Of a stretch of 64,000 bases of DNA, positions 19,543 to 27,471 are shown in pieces. The notes under the pieces were generated by a model. That model did no database searches, was not told the DNA's origin, and worked only from the letters and a program-made list of their open reading frames with translations. This DNA is from Nitrososphaerales archaeon. Lineage in GTDB: Archaea; Thermoproteota; Nitrososphaeria; Nitrososphaerales; UBA213. The stretch covers positions 7,468-71,467 of the forward strand of contig JBHICH010000002.1 in the NCBI GenBank assembly GCA_046759465.1, given 5' to 3'. Position 1 is the first letter of the stretch, and each line of letters starts with the position of its first letter. The position numbers were made by a program, and so were the translations under genes.

Positions 19543-19899
19543 TTAAGGTTGCAACAACTCCCAATTCTCCGCCGAGTAAAGGAAAATCATATATTCTCCT
19601 ATTGAAGCGCCTCTTTGCTTACCATCACTTTGCCACGGTTGCACTGATGCTGAAACTGGAAGTCCGTTGATCGAATACGCATACATCTTTAACCTCGTGA
19701 TCTCTTCCGACTTGATATGTGGTGATTTCGTGCTTGCTTTAACTTGGATGCACCACACTCTCCCATCTTTATCTGCAATAATGTCAGCAGCACCTCTGCT
19801 GGATGGGCTAAACCTGATATTCCAGTCTTTCGATCTTAGATAACTTGCAACAACAAACTCCGCTTCTCTACCGAACTCACGCCAAGAATAGTTGCTCAT
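19543..19899 (-). CDS. Hjc-like Holliday-junction-resolvase-fold nuclease (PD-(D/E)xK) with QxK in place of ExK
   Basis: 'GREAEFVVASYLRSKDWNIRFSPSSRGAADIIADKDGRVWCIQVKAS' parallels the Hjc G..ER / SG..PDIIA / IE.KS blocks. Confidence 0.6.
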   Translation of the reverse strand: MSNYSWREFGREAEFVVASYLRSKDWNIRFSPSSRGAADIIADKDGRVWCIQVKASTKSPHIKSEEITRLKMYAYSINGLPVSASVQPWQSDGKQRGASIGEYMIFLYSAENWELLQP

Positions 19900-19953
19900 A
19901 TGTGATGAGTTTGTGTTATCATGGTTATAAAAACCGCATTAGATAGACATAAG

Positions 19954-20020
19954 GAAGAGGAGAGATCTGGGACGTGGGTTCCCTTGCTGCGACCGCGGGG
20001 TATACTGACCTCTCCTTTTC
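19954..20020 (+). ncRNA. GC-rich structured element closed by an 11-bp stem (candidate small RNA or protein-binding palindrome)
   Basis: gaagaggagag (19954-19964) pairs with ctctccttttc (20010-20020), with one G-U that is valid only on the + strand. Inner hairpin ggga-cgtgggt-tccc (19969-19983). Local GC is clearly above that of the AT-rich flanks. Confidence 0.25.
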
Positions 20021-20109
20021 GGGCCTATTGTATCAGGATAGTTTAAAACACTTTGTCGCTATAAAGAGCCCAGAGCTACTATGTCCAATCAGTTATAACA
20101 TCTTTAAAC

Positions 20110-20274
20110 TTACTTTTCCTTTTCGATGACGCTCCTGTACATTTCACTAATTAATAGACGCAACATCTCGCTATTTTCCGTTATACCGTAATGCTCTTTC
20201 AACTTCTGGAACTTCCTGAGAAGCGGATCGTCTACTCTGGTCCGCAATTCCATCGGGTCTGGTTCATTGCTCAT
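20110..20274 (-). CDS. Ribbon-helix-helix (CopG/Arc-like) small DNA-binding protein (54 aa)
   Basis: Hand translation checked codon by codon: MSNEPDPMELRTRVDDPLLRKFQKLKEHYGITENSEMLRLLISEMYRSVIEKEK. Layout is a beta-strand followed by two helices. Confidence 0.5.
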   Translation of the reverse strand: MSNEPDPMELRTRVDDPLLRKFQKLKEHYGITENSEMLRLLISEMYRSVIEKEK

Positions 20275-20340
20275 ATGACCAATTAACATATTGTTGTAGG
20301 ATGCATAAGTGCCTATCGTTTTACTCTATAATGATGATGT

Positions 20341-20589
20341 TTAGCAATAGGTAGCTGTATGAATTTGCCCTAAATGCTTCAACAGTACCTTCTGGTTTTT
20401 GAAGATCGAACTGCAATATGGACATGATATCTGAGGGACACCGGATTCTATTTCCTCAATAACCTTCAAAACTGATGTTTGGACAAGGTCGGTCTGTAAT
20501 GCAATAATATCTATAGGTATGCCTGAACAATAGAGGTTCTTAACCATTTCCTTCTTTCTAGGCTCGATAGTTTCCTTGGATACCGCCAT
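20341..20589 (-). CDS. Small protein with C-terminal C2H2 zinc finger
   Basis: 'CPYCSSIFKNQKVLLKHLGQIH' is a classical C2H2 spacing. 82 aa. Confidence 0.55.
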   Translation of the reverse strand: MAVSKETIEPRKKEMVKNLYCSGIPIDIIALQTDLVQTSVLKVIEEIESGVPQISCPYCSSIFKNQKVLLKHLGQIHTATYC

Positions 20590-21092
20590 ACAGCCTGAGT
20601 TTGTTGATCACTCTTAATAATATGTGTCAGAATGTTCCATAACACAATGTTATTTTTTATGGCATTCGAATATGCACACAGTATGATATAAACTGAGTAA
20701 AATCATATTCTTGCATTCTGCTCCCTCGTCGGTAAGCATCATCTCACTGATAATATGCCTGTAACATCTGAAACCTGTTATGCTACTAAGTTCGTTTCTT
20801 TACACCCACGTTAATTTAAACACATTTCAATAAATGTTGGGCATGCAGAAAACTATCACTTCAATCATCCGAACTCTCATATCACAAAACAATGTATGGT
20901 GTATTTCCTGCAAAAGGCCAGTAAGAAAAATTGAGATCAATTTCAAAGACCTCACACACAAAAAATGCCTAGATAGAGCCAGCACTGGGCAGCTTTTCGT
21001 ACCCCTTAAATCGTTATCATACGAGTCTAGAAACCAATCGAACTAATCTTTCATACTTAAACCATAAATGCATGTTAAACATGCTTTATAGT

Positions 21093-21248
21093 ATGGCAAA
21101 AAGGCAGGTTAAATGTCCCTCCTGCAAGTCAAAAGTTCGGCTTGATATCAAAGGAATGCAATCTAAGAACATAAAGAAATTTTTTATTTGCACTAGATGC
21201 TTTCGTAGATTCTGCATTTATAAGGATAATACGGTTATTCCTTTTTGA
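21093..21248 (+). CDS. Hypothetical zinc-ribbon protein (51 aa)
   Basis: MAKRQVKCPSCKSKVRLDIKGMQSKNIKKFFICTRCFRRFCIYKDNTVIPF, with CxxC...CxxC. Confidence 0.35.
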   Translation: MAKRQVKCPSCKSKVRLDIKGMQSKNIKKFFICTRCFRRFCIYKDNTVIPF

Positions 21249-21266
21249 CTATTCAGACTATCGACG

Positions 21267-21608
21267 CTATGTCTTTCTAAGCTCAACGAAGAGCGCCTCC
21301 CCAACTTTTGGAGTACCAATTCGTTCATAGATCTGCCTATTGATCGTTATATTCATCTGAATCGGTGAGAGAGCAATTTTTTGTCCGGCTGTCTGAACTG
21401 GTATTAAGGCTGGGAGGATTTTCTTCATCACTGTTCTTGTATCCTCATCAACATCTTTAATACTATCAATTCGCTGCCTGATCATTTCTACTGGATCTAT
21501 AGCTTCTGTCCTAATTTCTTGCCTTAGGCATAGTGTCAAGTATTGTCCTTGATCGGTTATCATCGTAACCATGAACTCCAAGATTTGCTTATTTTGAGAC
21601 ATTACCAT
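21267..21608 (-). CDS. Hypothetical protein
   Basis: 113-aa ORF with protein-like composition. No motif recognised. Confidence 0.45.
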   Translation of the reverse strand: MVMSQNKQILEFMVTMITDQGQYLTLCLRQEIRTEAIDPVEMIRQRIDSIKDVDEDTRTVMKKILPALIPVQTAGQKIALSPIQMNITINRQIYERIGTPKVGEALFVELRKT

Positions 21609-21764
21609 TGGGAGGAATGAAGCCAGTGAAAAGGATTGCTCTCATCTAATAATATGTCTGGTTATTGTATTCAGCATAGTCTATTGCCTTAGCAGCCCTC
21701 CTAATTCCTACAACCACGTCCGGTAGGGTGACTAAACCAATGAGTTTGATCCTTAAACACTAAA

Positions 21765-22577
21765 CTAGGCTTCCCATAACTCTTTCAATTTTTCTGCCGA
21801 CCTATTGGCGTCCTTTTTGCTCGTAAATACCTCCAATGTTATCCTACTTTCGTAGCCGATTTCTTTAAGCGCCTTGACTACTCGTCTATGATCGATTAAA
21901 CCAGCTCCAATCGGTAGGTGCTCATCAAACTCTCCATGATTGTCGTGCCAGTGAATATGGGCCAACTTATGCCTGAATGTTCTGATATAAGCCAGCACGG
22001 ATTTCATGCCACCAGAAGTAAATGCATGCGGGATATCCAAGTGTACCTGCAGGTCCGGCACATGCTTAACGATATATCTGAACTCATCCAGCTTGTGAAT
22101 TCCATTGCTGCTTCTTGGCATGTTTTCCAGCATAACTTCTATGTTCAAGTCCTTCGCGTACGAAACAATCTCCTGCAAACTAGTTATCGAATTATGCAGC
22201 ATCATCTTTCGCTTCTTTCCGTAAAACATTCCATTTGAGTTGGCATGAAAATTGATTTGAGAAAGTCCAAGCTTCTCTGCAATATGCAAAATCCTTCTGG
22301 ATTCGAGGATCCAGCCGCGACGCACATGCTCATAATCAGAACTAAGATCGATCCAATGAGCCGTATGGCCGATAGGTTTTGTTTTAAAAGCTTTAAGTAA
22401 TTTCATTATCTGTGGCATCTTTCTTTGAAGAACCTGAGGCTTGCCCTCTGGCGCCTCTATCCCGATCTCTACATAATCGATGCCCATTCTCTGGATGGTT
22501 CTTATCTCCTTCAGGATCTCAATCGATGGGTTCGTAGCCAACCCAAAACTTGGCGGCATAGGATAAACTCCACTCAA
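21765..22577 (-). CDS. Xylose-isomerase-like TIM-barrel protein (sugar-phosphate isomerase/epimerase or Endo IV-like fold)
   Basis: 'VMLENM', 'HLDIPH', 'HIHWHDNHGEFDEHLPIGAGLIDH', 'TLEVF'. The ORF-track start is TTG; an ATG at 22559 is more likely. Confidence 0.75.
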   Translation of the reverse strand: MSGVYPMPPSFGLATNPSIEILKEIRTIQRMGIDYVEIGIEAPEGKPQVLQRKMPQIMKLLKAFKTKPIGHTAHWIDLSSDYEHVRRGWILESRRILHIAEKLGLSQINFHANSNGMFYGKKRKMMLHNSITSLQEIVSYAKDLNIEVMLENMPRSSNGIHKLDEFRYIVKHVPDLQVHLDIPHAFTSGGMKSVLAYIRTFRHKLAHIHWHDNHGEFDEHLPIGAGLIDHRRVVKALKEIGYESRITLEVFTSKKDANRSAEKLKELWEA

Positions 22578-22591
22578 AAGTTCTTATAGTT

Positions 22592-22662
22592 ATCCGGATG
22601 ATATGAATAAGTTGCTGTACATAGAGCCACAGTCAGGGGTGTCGCGAATCATGCATCCGGAT
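22592..22662. promoter_or_regulatory. Two copies of the 8-bp palindrome ATCCGGAT (22592-22599 and 22655-22662) upstream of the TIM-barrel gene
   Basis: Exact duplicate palindromes 63 bp apart start to start. The proximal copy abuts a TATA-like 'ACTATAAG' about 25-32 nt upstream of the ATG at 22559. Confidence 0.35.
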
Positions 22663-22753
22663 TTGGGACACATATAAGATCTCTGGTCTGAAGCTAGTAA
22701 GATGTTGTCATAAAATTATTGAAATTTTTCTATGGAGCCACTAGTTGATATTT

Positions 22754-22927
22754 CTATTGCAGTTTCTTTTGTATCTCCGAACACAACATTTCATCTAATA
22801 TCTTCAGTTTATTGTCGGGTCTTCCTTCATACAATCGCCTTCTCAACACATTTTCATATGCAAGTAATTCTAGCAAGGACATTTCGCTATACGTCTTCTT
22901 GGCCTCTTCAATTATGTCGTCGATCAT
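22754..22927 (-). CDS. Hypothetical helical protein (57 aa), start overlaps upstream 63-aa ORF by 20 nt
   Basis: MIDDIIEEAKKTYSEMSLLELLAYENVLRRRLYEGRPDNKLKILDEMLCSEIQKKLQ. Confidence 0.3.
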   Translation of the reverse strand: MIDDIIEEAKKTYSEMSLLELLAYENVLRRRLYEGRPDNKLKILDEMLCSEIQKKLQ

Positions 22928-23099
22928 GCCATATCTCCTTGATTATGACCGCAGCTTCCACAAATGCAAGATGTTTCACAGCATTTGCTGCAGTGCTCAC
23001 AGCAAAAGCACCAGTGGTAAGCCCTCCAGATATGCCAACAGTAGTATGCGTGCTTTTGCGCCATAGTCCCCAAACGATTTGTTGAATCTTATAATTCAT
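22908..23099 (-). CDS. Hypothetical Gly/Ala-rich small protein (63 aa)
   Basis: ORF-track entry containing 'GISGGLTTGAFAVSTAANAV'. Paired with the downstream 57-aa ORF. Confidence 0.3.
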   Translation of the reverse strand: MNYKIQQIVWGLWRKSTHTTVGISGGLTTGAFAVSTAANAVKHLAFVEAAVIIKEIWHDRRHN

Positions 23100-23359
23100 A
23101 AGTATTGCTACAGAGAAGGCATCATATGAGCAGGAAAAACGGATTCAACGTCGCGCATAGTTGTATCGAATGCGTATGAGGCTCCTCTTTCAGCATATGT
23201 TCTTTATCATATCGGGTTCCCGAATGAAATTAGAGATGAAATAATCAAGCCCCTTGTTTTGGCAGTGTCGGAGCATTACTCTGAAGAGATTAAGATCAAA
23301 GAATATTCATGCTATACGTAAAATATTTGGAATCTTACTTTTAGCCTAATAGCTTAGGT

Positions 23360-23509
23360 TCAGATGAACCTTGGCTCGATGAAGTCTTTGCATAGTATTA
23401 TCCTTCCACCGCACTTACCGCAACTAGGAAAGAAACCTCTAAAGCTCAACCTCAGAACTTCTTCTCTACGAAGATACCTTCCGCAATTCACGCACTTGTA
23501 GAGCTCCAT
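23360..23509 (-). CDS. Zinc-ribbon protein with RNA polymerase subunit P (Rpo12)-like pattern (49 aa)
   Basis: MELYKCVNCGRYLRREEVLRLSFRGFFPSCGKCGGRIILCKDFIEPRFI. The Y-x-C-x2-CG ... C-x2-CG-x-RI pattern is similar to RpoP. Confidence 0.35.
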   Translation of the reverse strand: MELYKCVNCGRYLRREEVLRLSFRGFFPSCGKCGGRIILCKDFIEPRFI

Positions 23510-23745
23510 AATCTACATGCATGCTTGCAACAAGTTCTAATGCTTATGTATGTGCGATCTATTACATAATATCTCCGCTCGAAGGTTCTCTTTACAACCG
23601 GTTTTGAAATACGGTTATTGGAAGCTTCTTTTTCATATAAACTCAGCAAGATAGCGAATGAGGATTATTACATCGAATTACAGCCAGAATTGAAGGCAGG
23701 GAAGGAACTTGAAATAAAATTCATTTCAGATAACGAGTTGTAATT

Positions 23746-24120
23746 TTAGCTACCTAACATCTTACCAGCGGGATTCTTCTCACGTTCTATCCATTGTATC
23801 ATGGGCTTACTTTTGCACTTCTTCATAATTTCCCATGCCTGAAGGCATAGATTCCTTATATGATCTTCGTTAATTCCAAACCTTCGATTCAGCCAACCTA
23901 CAGCATTCTGAGAATCGCTATAGATGGTAACTTGCTCCGCTTGTTGTATAACTTGATCCTTGAATACCTCTATGAAGGCCATTAGTTCAGCTTCATGATT
24001 AGTTAGATTATCTCCTTTGAAATGTTTAACGTCTCCAGTTTCTTCGATGTAGTAACCGTAAATAGATTTAGGTTTCCCGGAACCATCAACATAGACACGC
24101 AGTTTCATACAGTCTAGCAA
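23746..24120 (-). CDS. rnhA: Type 1 RNase H (RNase HI-like), minimal form; TTG at 24120 or ATG at 24108
   Basis: 'RVYVDGSG' (Asp), 'TNHEAELMAFIE' (Glu), 'IYSDSQNAV' (Asp). Confidence 0.7.
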   Translation of the reverse strand: MLDCMKLRVYVDGSGKPKSIYGYYIEETGDVKHFKGDNLTNHEAELMAFIEVFKDQVIQQAEQVTIYSDSQNAVGWLNRRFGINEDHIRNLCLQAWEIMKKCKSKPMIQWIEREKNPAGKMLGS

Positions 24121-24300
24121 CTTGTTAAGTTCACTCTTTGCTTTAGCCTTATCGCTCTTGGCAGCGAGGTATTTTTAACAATTTCATTAGCTGTCCGCTG
24201 TCTGTAAGATTACGAATATTTGAGATAACATTCACGCTTAACTCTTAAAGGGCTGGAGCGAAGGTAATGGCTAGATGTTGAGAATGCGGATACAACCATA

Positions 24301-25140
24301 ATGAAGGGAAAAGTATGCATGATCACAGGTAGTAATTCAGGTATAGGCAAAGCAACTGCAATCGGATTGGCACAGATGGGTGCTACAGTTGTTATGGTTT
24401 GCCGTGATCGAAAGAGAGCTGAAACTGCCTCTGCTGAGGTTAAGGCAAAAAGTGGAAACGAGTCGGTCTCTTTAATGTTAACGGATCTTTCTTCACAAAA
24501 ATCTATACACCAACTTGCTAAAGATTTTAGCGATAGTTATCACCATTTAGATGTATTGATTAATAATGCTGGAGTTTTTCTTACGAGACGTTCTATGACG
24601 GTAGATGGGATCGAAACTACCTTTGCAACAAACCACCTGGGTCCCTTCTTATTGACAAATTTACTGCTTGATATGCTCAAGGCTAGTTCCCCTGCACGCA
24701 TCGTGAATGTTAGTTCATCAGCACATACTAGAGCAAAAGTGAACTTTGACGATCTTCAGGGAGAAAGGCACTACAACGGATTTCAGGCCTACAGCCAGTC
24801 AAAATTATGCAATATCCTTTTTACATATGCGTTGGCCAAAAGATTGAGCGGAACTGGTGTAACAGTAAATTGCTTTCATCCTGGTGTCGTCAGGACAAAT
24901 TTGGGCAGTGGTAGTCCTGGCCTTATTCCTTTTATCTTTGGCGTAATGAAACCATTCATATTGAGTCCAGAACAAGGAGCTCAAACATGTGTTTATTTGG
25001 CTTCGTCTCCAGAGGTAGAAAACATCAGTGGGAAGTATTTTATTAAAAAAGTTGAGTCCAGATCCTCTGACGATTCTTACAATCAAGATAGCGCAGAAAA
25101 GCTCCAGCAGATTAGTACACAGCTTACGGGATTAGCTTAG
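24301..25140 (+). CDS. Short-chain dehydrogenase/reductase (SDR)
   Basis: 'ITGSNSGIGKATA', 'NNAG', 'YSQSK'. Confidence 0.9.
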   Translation: MKGKVCMITGSNSGIGKATAIGLAQMGATVVMVCRDRKRAETASAEVKAKSGNESVSLMLTDLSSQKSIHQLAKDFSDSYHHLDVLINNAGVFLTRRSMTVDGIETTFATNHLGPFLLTNLLLDMLKASSPARIVNVSSSAHTRAKVNFDDLQGERHYNGFQAYSQSKLCNILFTYALAKRLSGTGVTVNCFHPGVVRTNLGSGSPGLIPFIFGVMKPFILSPEQGAQTCVYLASSPEVENISGKYFIKKVESRSSDDSYNQDSAEKLQQISTQLTGLA

Positions 25141-25240
25141 GGAGAAACATAGAACTCTCTGATCCACTATTGAAATTTACTGTCAACGCTACCTCTCTCC
25201 TCAACTATAATAATGATATTAGTACTCGAACTAAAGACTA

Positions 25241-25558
25241 CTAATCGTTACATGGCGGTTCGTTCTCAATTTTGATCTTAGCCTCAATTCGTTTCCTTTT
25301 TTGTTCAGTAGAATTTGGCATAGGATATATTGCTATATACAGGTTAGATTCTGAACCAGCTCTTTCGATCCAGCAATCACGCTTATGATGTGAGCTAATG
25401 CCTCGCTCATCGAGATTACTGCTTTCGCCAACATAGGCCAAATTCCAATTCCCTGTTTGTTTGTACAGGATAGAATATAATGCAGCTTGTCTAGGGACAT
25501 CCCAATTGCTTAACGAATATGGACCATCAAACAGGATACCACTAATTGCTATACCCAT
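25241..25558 (-). CDS. Small GIY-YIG-like domain protein
   Basis: 'ALYSILYK...LAYVGESSNLDERG...H' and a later 'IEAKI'. 105 aa. Lies 12 nt downstream of the DUF72 gene. Confidence 0.45.
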   Translation of the reverse strand: MGIAISGILFDGPYSLSNWDVPRQAALYSILYKQTGNWNLAYVGESSNLDERGISSHHKRDCWIERAGSESNLYIAIYPMPNSTEQKRKRIEAKIKIENEPPCND

Positions 25559-25570
25559 TTATCATCACTA

Positions 25571-26434
25571 TCAATGATACTGGTCTAGAGTCGGAGCCTT
25601 GCCTGACAATACCATCTCAACACTTTTCAAAACTTTTTTCTGTTCCTCATTTATCCTTCCAATCATCTCAGTAAACTGCAAGCAGTTTGCAACAGCCCAT
25701 GCAGAGAAATGATTATTGAAATATCCATATGTCTTTTTAGTCTCTTCAACTATCTTCTTCACCTTGTCTAGCCAGGGCACAAATTCTTCTTTCTTGTAGT
25801 AATAGTAATACCAACTCTCCTTCCCTCTTCCATGCCATCTGATAAAAGAATTTTCCGCTGTGACCGAAATCTCGGAGAGAAACTGAAGCTTTGGATCTGG
25901 ACAATCTGTGATAACGGCTGAGATGTTATAATGCTTCAAGAGCTCCCACGGACCCTCTGTCTGCCACGAACCATGTCTAAACTCGATCGCATAATCATAA
26001 TTGCTGGGCAATCTCTCCAGAAAGCTTTGAACGTTCCTGAACTCGCTGACACCGAAGCTCGGCGGCAACTGAATAAGAAGCGCTCCCAGCTTGTTAGTTG
26101 TCTTGAGCGGAGAAATTTTGTCTATAAATTCCTGAAAATCATCAAACGCACCCTTCCTAGCATCCAGCCTTTTCTTGTGGGTTATTGTTTCTGGCAGCTT
26201 GAGAGAAAAAAGGAAGCCCTCTGGCACAGCTTTGGAGATACCGATGAAAGTACCTTTAGTCATATTCGAGTACAACTTTTCATAAAAAGTTGAATCCATC
26301 TCAGCAGTATTGAAGAACTGTGAATAATGCTGCAGCATTTTAGTCTTCCTTGTAGGGTAGAATACTCCTAGCCAACCGTTAGGAGGTGGCTCAGGATAGT
26401 TCCATCCAGAGGTACCAAGATAAAGCTCTCCCAT
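25571..26434 (-). CDS. DUF72 (YecE/UPF0759) family protein
   Basis: Canonical N-terminus 'LYLGTSGWNYPEP...W.GVFYP' and 'FNTAEMDSTFY'. 287 aa. Confidence 0.8.
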   Translation of the reverse strand: MGELYLGTSGWNYPEPPPNGWLGVFYPTRKTKMLQHYSQFFNTAEMDSTFYEKLYSNMTKGTFIGISKAVPEGFLFSLKLPETITHKKRLDARKGAFDDFQEFIDKISPLKTTNKLGALLIQLPPSFGVSEFRNVQSFLERLPSNYDYAIEFRHGSWQTEGPWELLKHYNISAVITDCPDPKLQFLSEISVTAENSFIRWHGRGKESWYYYYYKKEEFVPWLDKVKKIVEETKKTYGYFNNHFSAWAVANCLQFTEMIGRINEEQKKVLKSVEMVLSGKAPTLDQYH

Positions 26435-26469
26435 TAAGGTAATATTTTACCTCGAGTTATAATAAGCGA
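26435..26469. promoter_or_regulatory. 35-bp divergent control region with crossed TATA-like boxes and inverted repeat GGTAA-N4-TTACC
   Basis: taaggtaatattttacctcgagttataataagcga. 'taatatttta' lies about 25 nt upstream of the + start (26470). 'ttataata' lies about 25 nt upstream of the - start (26434). Confidence 0.35.
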
Positions 26470-27468
26470 TTGCAAAACTGGGATATAAGAGGCAATCAGG
26501 GGATTATTCTGCACTACAAATCTAAAACCATTGCTCTTGACCCGAATAAGAGTGTAACATCCGATGTTACTTTTGTGTCGCATGCGCACCACGATCACAT
26601 GCACGAGCCCGTAACAAAAGAAAATCTTCTCATGTCAGAAGAAACCCGCAACATCGCTGAGGCACGGGGCTACAAGATCCTAGATGCAAAGCATGAACTT
26701 GAAGGCTTCGAGCTTGTCGACTCTGGTCACATTTTTGGCTCGAAGTCACTACTGATAGAAGGAGAAATTTTCTATACCAGCGATCTTTCAATAAGGAATC
26801 GAGCATATCTAAATGGCTGCATGCCGAAGAAGTGCAGAGCGCTGATAATAGAAGCAACCTATGGCCAGCAACAATTTGTATTTCCGAGCACGCATAAAAT
26901 AATAGAACAAACCAACAGGGCAATTGCAGATTGCTATGACAAAGGCCTCCCTGTAATTTTAATGGGTTATCCCCTTGGTAAGGCGCAAGAACTCACTTAT
27001 CTATTCAGTCACTGGTCGCCAATATACGTACATGATAGAGTCTACACTATGAACTGGGTTCACAAGCATATGGGTCTAGACCTGCCTGATGGCACTAGTC
27101 TTTCAGAAGCAAGAGAGAAAGGCCTGCTTGAGAAGAGTCCTTGGATGATGATATCGCCAATGGTCAGCAGAAGTAACCAACTGATCGAGGTGCTCAAGGA
27201 AAAATACAAGGCGAAGACAATAGGATTCAGTGGCTGGTCTTTGATCCAGCGTTACAGGCACTATCTTGGTTTGGATTACTCATTTCCTCTAAGCGACCAC
27301 TGCGATTATACCGAGCTTATGCAATTTGTCAAAGCCTGCGAGCCAGAATATGTCTATACCTTCCATGGTTATGCCGAGGAGTTGGCCCAAAGTTTAAGGA
27401 AACTAGGTTATGAAGCAGAACCCCTCAAGCCTTATCCTAAAATCACCGACTACTTTGCGGAGGACTAA
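26470..27468 (+). CDS. Metallo-beta-lactamase fold nuclease, short beta-CASP type; TTG start
   Basis: 'VSHAHHDHMH' (HxHxDH), 'DSGHIFGS', 'YTSDLS', 'IIEATYG', and C-terminal 'LSDHCDYTEL'. Confidence 0.75.
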   Translation: MQNWDIRGNQGIILHYKSKTIALDPNKSVTSDVTFVSHAHHDHMHEPVTKENLLMSEETRNIAEARGYKILDAKHELEGFELVDSGHIFGSKSLLIEGEIFYTSDLSIRNRAYLNGCMPKKCRALIIEATYGQQQFVFPSTHKIIEQTNRAIADCYDKGLPVILMGYPLGKAQELTYLFSHWSPIYVHDRVYTMNWVHKHMGLDLPDGTSLSEAREKGLLEKSPWMMISPMVSRSNQLIEVLKEKYKAKTIGFSGWSLIQRYRHYLGLDYSFPLSDHCDYTELMQFVKACEPEYVYTFHGYAEELAQSLRKLGYEAEPLKPYPKITDYFAED

Positions 27469-27471
27469 AGC

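Noticed and set aside
20834-21046. 70-aa + strand ORF in the small-protein island.
   Set aside because: No motifs and an odd composition. There is no promoter-like box at the right distance. It was kept out of the feature list.
22732-23085. 117-aa and 84-aa + strand ORFs from the ORF track.
   Set aside because: Their composition is Ser/Cys/His/Phe-rich and low-complexity. The minus-strand 63/57-aa pair is the more protein-like reading, although that too is uncertain.
23110-23320. Possible frameshifted gene remnant on the + strand (MSRKNGFNVAHSCIECV* followed in another frame by ...YEAPLSAYVLYHIGFPNEIRDEIIKPLVLAVSEHYSEEIKIKEYSCYT*).
   Set aside because: The longer frame has no start codon and I recognised no family. 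I cannot distinguish a pseudogene from noise without a database search.
16259-24300. CRISPR array, integrase or transposase, or att-type direct repeats delimiting a mobile element.
   Set aside because: I found no regularly spaced repeats, no large recombinase-like ORF and no flanking tRNA or tRNA-fragment duplication. The only tRNA, at 59.4 kb, is far away.
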